This document shows positions 28,088 through 34,792 of a stretch of DNA of 64,000 nt, piece by piece. The number at the start of each line of letters is the position of its first letter. Positions within the stretch are counted from its first letter, which is position 1. The translations under genes were made by a program, and so were the position numbers. Under the pieces are notes generated by a model. The model ran no database searches. It saw only the letters and a list, made by a program, of their open reading frames with translations, and was not told the origin of the DNA. Source of the DNA: a virus; the IMG/VR virus record IMGVR_UViG_3300022555_000009, one strand, 5' to 3'.

Positions 28088-28819
28088 ATGTATAACATTC
28101 TTTATGAAACTACGAATTTAGCAAATAACAAGATCTACATTGGGGTTCATTGTACAGATGACCTCGAAGATGGATATTTCGGCTCTGGCACCGTGTTACG
28201 ACGCGCCATAAAAAAGTATGGCTTAGCTTCTTTCAAAAGACGAATTTTGGAACAATTTGAAACTATCGAAGCTGCGTTTGTTAGAGAAGCAGAAATTGTA
28301 AATATGTCTTTTCTTGCAAGAAAGGATATCTACAATATTCGATTGGGCGGGGACGGAGGGGATTATCTCGGGTGGCTCAGAACTGCAGACCCTCAAAAAT
28401 ATGAGAATATACGACAAAAGCTTAGAGAGGCTGCTCCTAAAACAAAATCAGAAGCTCACAAACGAGCAATCAGCAAAAGTAAAAAGGGTAAGCCGAGAAC
28501 TTGGAAGACAAGAGGTAACACAGGGAACAAGCATAGCGAAGAATTCAAAGCATGGCAAGCAGAGAGAACTAAAAATAGAAGATGGTATACAAACGGAATA
28601 GACAATCTCTATTTATGGCTTTCGGATATCCCTCCTGAAGGTTTCTATCCCGGTAGAAAAGTAACTTGGGATCACCCAAGCCCGCCGTCGAGCAAGGGGA
28701 TACCGAAATCAGAAGAATCAAAAAAGAAGTTGTCCGAAACACGAAAAGCAAAACATATCGTGCCAGGTAATAAGGGAAAAAAGAAGATAATTATAGATGG
28801 TGAAATCCACTATCTATAG
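28088..28819 (+). mobile_element. GIY-YIG (Seg-like) homing endonuclease with NUMOD3-like repeats
   Basis: ILYETTNLANNKIYIG.H......GYFGSG; KHSEE/KSEESKKK repeats; AGGAG RBS and ACTAATT upstream. Confidence 0.88.
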
Positions 28820-28827
28820 GAGAAGGT

Positions 28828-29874
28828 ATGAGTGAAATAAAAAGAAAGCTGGCGACAATTCAAAGTATTGACAAGGTGATTCCAATTGAAGGAGCGGACA
28901 ATATCGTCAAGATTACCTTCAAGAATATCGGATGGTCTTGCGTAACTAATAAAAATTCCAATCCATATGAAGGGAAACAAGTAGTATATCTGGAAGTCGA
29001 TTCCGTTCTCCCTCTTACGAATTCCGCTTTCGCTTTCATGGAGCCTTATCACTATCGCGTTAAGACTATTAAGCTTCGAGGCCAGGTTAGTCAGGGACTT
29101 ACTTTGCCTCTGTCGGATTTCGTTGGAATGTTAACAAACTTCGACCTCGAGGAAGGATATGACCTCACTGATGCACTTGGAATCATTAAATACGAAGCGC
29201 CAGAGCCTGGTCAGCCAGGTATGTGCAAGGGGTCTTTCCCCGGATTCATTATAAAGACAGATGAGGAAAGGGCTCAGAATCTGGGTAACAAGACTATAGA
29301 GAGACTTCTTGCTGAGCATGAATTCGACGCCACTGTTAAGATGGACGGAACAAGCGTCACCTTCTATATCAATGGTATTACAGACGACCCTACTTCCGGA
29401 GAGTTCGGTGTCTGTAGTAGGAATCAGGAACTAAAAAATACAGAAGGAAACGTGTACTGGGGAATGGCTCGTAAATACAACATCGAGGAGCGCCTTCGGG
29501 GCTTGGGCCGAAATCTTGCTATTCAAGGAGAAGTTGCAGGCCCTGGAATTCAGGCTAATAGAGCTAAGCTTAAAGAAGTACAGTTATTTGTTTTTACTGT
29601 CCAGGATATTGATAAGACAACGAGATTCAGCAACGACGAAATTGAACGAATTCTTACCACGATGAATGAATTTGCTGATGGGGAAGAACTTAAGATGGTC
29701 CCTAGGCTAGCAGTACCAACCCTGGCTACCCTTGATGACATTGCGACCCTCGCAGAAGGCACCTGTGTCGTATCTGATTCTATCCGAGAGGGAGTTGTAT
29801 TGCGGGCTAAGGATGACGCAAGTATTAGCTTTAAATTCATTAATCCGAAATATCTCTTGAAACACGATCTATAA
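28828..29874 (+). CDS. ATP-dependent RNA ligase (DRB0094 / Rnl2-like family)
   Basis: N-terminal RKLATIQ..IEGAD OB-like module; KMDGTS, IQGE, EGVV and SFKFIN motifs. Confidence 0.9.
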   Translation: MSEIKRKLATIQSIDKVIPIEGADNIVKITFKNIGWSCVTNKNSNPYEGKQVVYLEVDSVLPLTNSAFAFMEPYHYRVKTIKLRGQVSQGLTLPLSDFVGMLTNFDLEEGYDLTDALGIIKYEAPEPGQPGMCKGSFPGFIIKTDEERAQNLGNKTIERLLAEHEFDATVKMDGTSVTFYINGITDDPTSGEFGVCSRNQELKNTEGNVYWGMARKYNIEERLRGLGRNLAIQGEVAGPGIQANRAKLKEVQLFVFTVQDIDKTTRFSNDEIERILTTMNEFADGEELKMVPRLAVPTLATLDDIATLAEGTCVVSDSIREGVVLRAKDDASISFKFINPKYLLKHDL

Positions 29875-30557
29875 TATAAGAGAATAAAAAACAGCAAGAG
29901 CCGAGCTAAAGCGAGGAAGTCGGTTGTTAATCCTAGTGCTAGCCTAGGTTGAGACGCGGATGTGGGCGGAAGTAGACTTGCAAGGCTTAGCGGCTGAACA
30001 AGACTCATACCCAATTCATAAGACGGTGCATTGCCGCGTCAAAAAGAGAATCTATCCGATAGGGATCAAGGAGCACCTCTTTTCAAGTTCTCTCTTCATA
30101 AGGAACGAAAATGGCTATCATATTTATTCTTTTAGGGATACTTGCTTTTGGGATTTTTTGTGCGGTATTCTTTTCGTGCTTATCTGATGGCTGGTCTGCG
30201 GGAGAGATAGTCGGCGTAATTTTTGTTTCATTTTTTGCATAGCACTACTTCTAGTTCCTCTTATTCGTAATGGAGAAGTTCGATCTATAGATAACAGAAC
30301 TATAACTACCGATTACTACGAGGGAATAAAGTATAGCAAGCCTGTGATAATTCGTACCACCAGGATTAATCACCATTGGTGGACTTACGCTGCCTTATCT
30401 GATAACCAGACCCAGACTTATGAAGTGGATGTAGGTAAGTAAAATGCCTGAGTATCCTTTCGGAGTTTTCGTGCTCCTCGTGTGTCTACTTCCTCTCACT
30501 ATTTGGAAGATAATAGAGATCATCATTTATATGTGTTCTCACATAAGGATTATATAA

Positions 30558-30776
30558 ATGGGTCACTACGATAGTTCATACGCTTCAGATGACTACAGAG
30601 AATTGTCAAAGAAAGGCAAATCAGAACTTCATAAGTCCTTCCGCGCAGAACTTAAAGAGCAGGGTTGTGTTTGGGGTACTTATGATGATGTACACGGGAT
30701 AGCTTTAGCTCACTGGGCTGAAGAGAAAGGATATAGAATAGAAGGAACTCATACATTTTTAGTATACAAAAAATAA
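30558..30776 (+). CDS. Hypothetical protein
   Basis: TAAGGA RBS. Confidence 0.45.
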   Translation: MGHYDSSYASDDYRELSKKGKSELHKSFRAELKEQGCVWGTYDDVHGIALAHWAEEKGYRIEGTHTFLVYKK

Positions 30777-30782
30777 AATTAC

Positions 30783-30854
30783 GTGGAGATGGTGTAACTG
30801 GTAGCACCTCTGATTGAAGGTCAGACTGTCCGGGTTCGAGTCCCGTTCTCCGCA
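30783..30854 (+). tRNA. tRNA-Phe(GAA)
   Basis: Cloverleaf; TT-GAA-GG loop. Confidence 0.85.
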
Positions 30855-30856
30855 AT

Positions 30857-30926
30857 GTGTCATTAGCTCAGTGGTAGAGCGCTTGACTGTGAATCAAGAG
30901 ACAAGGGTTCGATCCCCAATGACACC
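30857..30926 (+). tRNA. tRNA-His(GTG)
   Basis: Cloverleaf; CT-GTG-AA loop; C discriminator. Confidence 0.85.
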
Positions 30927-30994
30927 CTGAAAAAAAGGAGAACACGATGTATTAGGTTTGAAAAAGATATAGAAATTATACCAATATACAACAC

Positions 30995-31071
30995 AGGAGC
31001 CTAGCTCATCGTAGGTCAGTAGCGCAATCCTTATAAGGTTGATGTGCCGAGTTCAAGCCTCGGGGCTCCTA
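30995..31071 (+). tRNA. tRNA-Ile(TAT)
   Basis: AGGAGCC/GGCTCCT acceptor; CT-TAT-AA loop. Confidence 0.8.
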
Positions 31072-31072
31072 T

Positions 31073-31188
31073 TGAACGATAGCTCAGTGGGTAGAGCACG
31101 AAAAAATTAGGTCTTGACAAGACCTAAACTGCAATCCAAAATTAGCCTATTAAGCTCGTGGTCGTGGGTTCGAATCCCACTCGTTCAA
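31073..31188 (+). tRNA. tRNA-Asn(ATT) interrupted by a 43-nt hairpin element in the anticodon stem
   Basis: Removing 31102-31144 restores CGAGC-CTATTAA-GCTCG and a full cloverleaf. Confidence 0.75.
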
Positions 31189-31376
31189 AGTGGGGTCTTG
31201 TTTTACGCGTCATTACGAAGAATTTGTCAGAATAGAAGGTTCGACAGTAAAGCGAAAGCTTTTCATTCTCTCCGTAAAAGAAGCATGATATGCGTAATGA
31301 CGCTTTTGAAAATGGAAGGGTCGGATAATGGTATTCCAGTAGATTGACTTCTGGTATTCCATCAGACTAATTATAT

Positions 31377-32000
31377 ATGAATTGTCGATACTGTGGAAGA
31401 GAGTGTAAGAATCCTAATAGTTTACGTAACCATGAAAGGTTATGTAAGTCTAATCTAAATAGGCAGCAAACTAAAGGGAACGTGGGGGGAGTTCCTTGGA
31501 ACAAAGGACTTACGATAGCCTCTTCGGAAAAACTTAAATTCCTTAGTGAAAGACTTTCGTTAAAATATAAGAATCAAGAACTTCAACCCTCCTTTAAAGG
31601 GAAAACACATACGGTGGCTTATAAGGTTCGTATGTCGGATCTTATCAAAAGTAGGTACGAGGATGGATGGCAACCCAAAGCTGGCCGATGTAAGAAAATT
31701 AAGTATGAAAGCTCAATTGCGGGGTCAATAAGTGTGGATGGTACCTGGGAGTTGGCAACAGCAAAGTACCTTGATACCCTTGGGGTTCAGTGGATCAGAA
31801 ACACAAAGAGATTTGATTATGTTGATGATGTAGGAGTAAGCAGAAAATACACTCCCGACTTCTATGTGAAAGATTGGAGTTCTTACCTCGAAGTAAAAGG
31901 GTATGAGACTGATCTGGATAGAGCTAAGTGGAGGGGTTTTCCAGAGAAGCTTATTATCTGGAAAGAGAGAGAATTGAGAAACTTAAATATATTGGAATAG
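31377..32000 (+). mobile_element. PD-(D/E)xK homing-endonuclease-like gene
   Basis: C2HC Zn finger, PWNKGL / FKGKTHT NUMOD-like motifs, YTPDF...YLEVKG nuclease core. Confidence 0.8.
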
Positions 32001-32078
32001 AGAAGCATTGGGGAAATGCACGAACCCGCTAAGTTCGAGGCTGGGCAACCGGCAGTGGATCGTAACCACCTTATTCCG
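31994..32078 (+). tRNA. tRNA-Ser(GCT), divergent, nested inside the split tRNA-Ser
   Basis: GGAATAG/TTATTCC-G acceptor, CGAAC-CCGCTAA-GTTCG arm, GCTGG-GCAA-CCGGC variable arm. Confidence 0.7.
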
Positions 32079-32179
32079 GCGCAACAGCAGTGGGGCATAC
32101 GAGTTCGAGTCTCGTTCCTTCCGTAATTTAACAATATATTAATTCATGACCTTATATTAATAATGATATAGGAGTTACC

Positions 32180-32401
32180 ATGAGTACACGTCTAAAAGTA
32201 GTATTTAATTTTAAGCAGCCTTCCGAAAGAAATGGCACCATCCTTCAGTTCACTCCCGTTACTATGGGCAGCTCCGAAAACGAAGCTTTCTTCAAATTCA
32301 CTCCCGGCGGTCAGATTTCTTTCTATTGTGCCAATCCTGTTGTAGCCGATGAGTTTGAGATGGGAAAGCAGTATTACGTAGATATTACGCCTGCTGAGTA
32401 A
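32180..32401 (+). CDS. Conserved small phage protein
   Basis: SENEAFFKFTPGGQI......F..GK.YYVDIT motif; AGGAG RBS. Confidence 0.6.
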   Translation: MSTRLKVVFNFKQPSERNGTILQFTPVTMGSSENEAFFKFTPGGQISFYCANPVVADEFEMGKQYYVDITPAE

Positions 32402-32603
32402 TCTATGGAATATGCACTAGAAAAAATCATAGGCACGGCATTTGAAATTCTCATATCGGGATTTCTTTAGCTTGTCTTGCTAAGTACTTGTGGAATATAT
32501 GGAGGAATTCATGACCTTTTGGTCTGAAATCTTAGCAATAACTCTGGGATGTTTGGGAATGGAACTCGCTCGCAGACTTGAGAAAAATCCAACCTAATTA
32601 GGT

Positions 32604-32975
32604 ATGAATAAAAGAACCATTCTTCTTGTCGAGGCTGAAGCAACAAGCATCGTAATACAGCGAAATCTTTTAGAGAGCTGTGGTTACAGCGTGGTAGTAG
32701 CGGAATCAGGGGAACAAGCTATAGAAATAACCAACGTCCTAAATAAAATAGATCTTATTTTAATGGACATATTTCTACCTGGAATAGGTGGGATAGAGGC
32801 AGCTAAGAAGATTTTACAAAAGAAAAAAATTCCGCTTGTGTTCCTTTCTTTTCATCCTCAGAGTTTGATGATAGAACGCCTAGAGTGTCTTTCTTATCAG
32901 GGCTATATAGAAAAGCCTTTATGTCGAAATTCGATTTGCGCCTGCATTGAGAGAATTTTGAATCGACCCCACTAA
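32604..32975 (+). CDS. Stand-alone response-regulator receiver (CheY-like)
   Basis: ILLVE, DLILMDI.LPGIGG, PLVFLS and YIEKP motifs. Confidence 0.85.
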   Translation: MNKRTILLVEAEATSIVIQRNLLESCGYSVVVAESGEQAIEITNVLNKIDLILMDIFLPGIGGIEAAKKILQKKKIPLVFLSFHPQSLMIERLECLSYQGYIEKPLCRNSICACIERILNRPH

Positions 32976-32994
32976 TTAAAAAGAAGAGGGCCTT

Positions 32995-33432
32995 ATGTTA
33001 CATACCGCTATTTCAAAGTTAACTATGAATTTTCCATCGCACCGTATTTACGCGGAAGGCGAAGGGGCATATGTTTTGAATATCGATGGTATTCCTTCAG
33101 GAGTATCATGGACTCAGACTCTTGAGCAGGAGCTGGAATCCGCTTTGGGTAAAGACCTAGCTAATAATCAGCTGTGTACTTATTTGACTTCTCTGGTATA
33201 TGAGTACTTTAACAAGTTGAGAGAAAAAGAGAAGTCTACCGCCCCTGTTCAATTTCAGACTTTTGTGCCTACGCCTTTGGAAATGAATTTGAAAGGTATG
33301 GACCAAGAAATATCAGTTAACGCCCTAACGTCCTCAGATGTTGTAACTACTATGGCTGACATTAAGAAGGACGAGGTTGTTGTAGAGGAAGTTCAGGTAA
33401 AGGATACGTCGACTTCATCTCGCAAGGGCTAA
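32995..33432 (+). CDS. Hypothetical protein (late motif upstream)
   Basis: ACTAATTA at 32971; N-terminus similar to ORF 42192-42467. Confidence 0.55.
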   Translation: MLHTAISKLTMNFPSHRIYAEGEGAYVLNIDGIPSGVSWTQTLEQELESALGKDLANNQLCTYLTSLVYEYFNKLREKEKSTAPVQFQTFVPTPLEMNLKGMDQEISVNALTSSDVVTTMADIKKDEVVVEEVQVKDTSTSSRKG

Positions 33433-33453
33433 AGAGTAGGCTTTTGGAAAATA

Positions 33454-33482
33454 AAAGCCTACTTGAGAAAGTAGGCTTTTTT
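33454..33482 (+). terminator. Terminator
   Basis: AAAAGCCTACTT/AAGTAGGCTTTT inverted repeat. Confidence 0.65.
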
Positions 33483-33485
33483 AAT

Positions 33486-33570
33486 GGAGCAGTATGCTAG
33501 CGGCTATGCACGCGGCTTTGAATACCGTTTATCTCGCAAGGGATCGCAGGTTCGAGTCCTGCCTGCTCCG
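33486..33570 (+). tRNA. tRNA-Ser(TGA)
   Basis: Cloverleaf with variable arm. Confidence 0.85.
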
Positions 33571-33580
33571 CGGATGACTT

Positions 33581-33666
33581 GGAAGTGTGTGATAATTGGT
33601 AGTCAGCTTGATTCGAAATCAAGTGCTCCGTAAAAGGGGTTGGGGGTTCAAGTCCGCCCACTTCCG
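33581..33666 (+). tRNA. tRNA-Ser(CGA)
   Basis: Cloverleaf with variable arm. Confidence 0.85.
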
Positions 33667-33905
33667 TAAAAGGATTGATATGCTTGCTGTAAAAAAGTTC
33701 ATCCCCGTAAAAGGTATTAAAGTTCTACTCTATAGGCCTGATCGTCCTTGGTGGAAGTGGGAATTGGTTACTCCTTCTACCTGGTGGTGGTACCAAAAAT
33801 ATTACTTTACGAATTTTGTCAAACAATCCTCCCTGTATTATAAAATCTGGTTTTACTTTCATATTCAAAGAAAGCGTAATAAAACCACCAATTGAACATA
33901 AATCT

Positions 33906-33977
33906 GCTGATATCGTATAAAGGCTATTACGAGTCCTTGGTAAGGATTAAATCATAGTTCAATTCTATGTATCAGCT
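33906..33977 (+). tRNA. tRNA-Thr(GGT)
   Basis: Cloverleaf; TT-GGT-AA loop. Confidence 0.85.
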
Positions 33978-33983
33978 TTCAGT

Positions 33984-34059
33984 GCCCGTATAGTTTAACT
34001 CTTTGGTAGAATTGCTGTCTCGTAAACAGCGGGTCTCCGGACAATGCGGAGTGTGGGCT
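33984..34059 (+). tRNA. tRNA-Thr(CGT), atypical T-loop
   Basis: GCTGT-CTCGTAA-ACAGC arm. Confidence 0.7.
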
Positions 34060-34069
34060 TTTGGTTTTT

Positions 34070-34154
34070 GGAGCTGTATGTTAGCGGCTATACAACTTGC
34101 TTGGAAAGCAAGAGCTATCGTAAGGTAGCGCAGGTTCGAGTCCTGTCGGCTCCG
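34070..34154 (+). tRNA. tRNA-Ser(GGA)
   Basis: Cloverleaf with variable arm. Confidence 0.85.
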
Positions 34155-34253
34155 TCGATTCAAATCTATAGTGGGGATTGACTGTAATCAATACCCTTAG
34201 CGTTACAGAGCTAACCCAAAAGGTCTTTAGAAAGTAGATCAAAGTTTTTTAGT

Positions 34254-34331
34254 AAGCATGTAAGTTCTTGGCAGAACGTCGCGCGGATGTAAAGCCTGGT
34301 GGAGGAGGGGTTCAATTCCCCTGCGTGCTTC
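34254..34331 (+). tRNA. Atypical tRNA-like RNA, irregular anticodon arm (loop contains GTA)
   Basis: AAGCATG/CGTGCTT acceptor, D-arm and T-arm present. Confidence 0.45.
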
Positions 34332-34336
34332 TTCTT

Positions 34337-34408
34337 AGGTCCGTAGCCAAGTGGTAAGGCAGTTGACTGCAAATCCTCTATACATCGGTTCAATTCCGAT
34401 CGGGCCTT
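34337..34408 (+). tRNA. tRNA-Cys(GCA)
   Basis: Cloverleaf; CT-GCA-AA loop. Confidence 0.8.
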
Positions 34409-34416
34409 TTCTTTTT

Positions 34417-34492
34417 GGGAGTATATCGGCACTGTCTTCGAAACAGGAAGCACGTAATTGGATGAATGCAGGTTCGAGTCCTGTTACTCTCA
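34417..34492 (+). tRNA. Atypical D-arm-less tRNA-Arg(TCG)
   Basis: GGGAGTA/TACTCTC acceptor, CTGT-CTTCGAA-ACAG arm, TAATTGG in the variable region. Confidence 0.6.
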
Positions 34493-34554
34493 TATAGTAA
34501 ATCTCATATCTTTACAACTCTGTTCTAAAAAATCAACAAAAATTCGCCTTTTTC

Positions 34555-34597
34555 TCGCCACCGACATATGGGTGTCTTCTTATATTATATACGTAAG
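34555..34597 (+). promoter_or_regulatory. Putative early promoter
   Basis: TCGCCACCGAC-N-CTTATATTATATACGTAAG. Confidence 0.7.
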
Positions 34598-34617
34598 CAC
34601 AAGAAAAGGAGCGCGAG

Positions 34618-34791
34618 ATGCTCGATAAGGCAATCGAACATGGCAAAGAAAGGCGCAAGCCCTTCTACCGTGCAGGTAAATTCGACAGGACTTGTCGGTG
34701 TCACGGTGGATGCCCATACTGCGAGAGCAACCGCTTTCATAGTACTCGAATTCGTGAAATGAAAGCGAACGACCAACTAAAGGAAATATAA
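34618..34791 (+). CDS. Small conserved Zn-binding phage protein
   Basis: MLDKAIEHGKERRKPF....DRTCRCHGGCPYCESNR; AAGGAG RBS. Confidence 0.65.
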   Translation: MLDKAIEHGKERRKPFYRAGKFDRTCRCHGGCPYCESNRFHSTRIREMKANDQLKEI

Positions 34792-34792
34792 A

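Larger units (their letters stand above)
31314..32123 (+). pseudogene. Split tRNA-Ser: 5' half 31314-31347, 3' half 32079-32123
   Basis: GGAAGGG/TCCTTCC-G acceptor halves, Ser-type D-arm and ACGAG-TTCGAGT-CTCGT T-arm separated by an endonuclease gene and another tRNA. Confidence 0.7.

Noticed and set aside
29903-30010. RNase P RNA (GAGGAAGTC resembles the P4 5' strand)
   Set aside because: No convincing P4 3' strand or other conserved regions, and too short
31348-32078. Group I intron in tRNA-Ser
   Set aside because: No recognisable P7 core; the non-coding part folds as a complete tRNA instead
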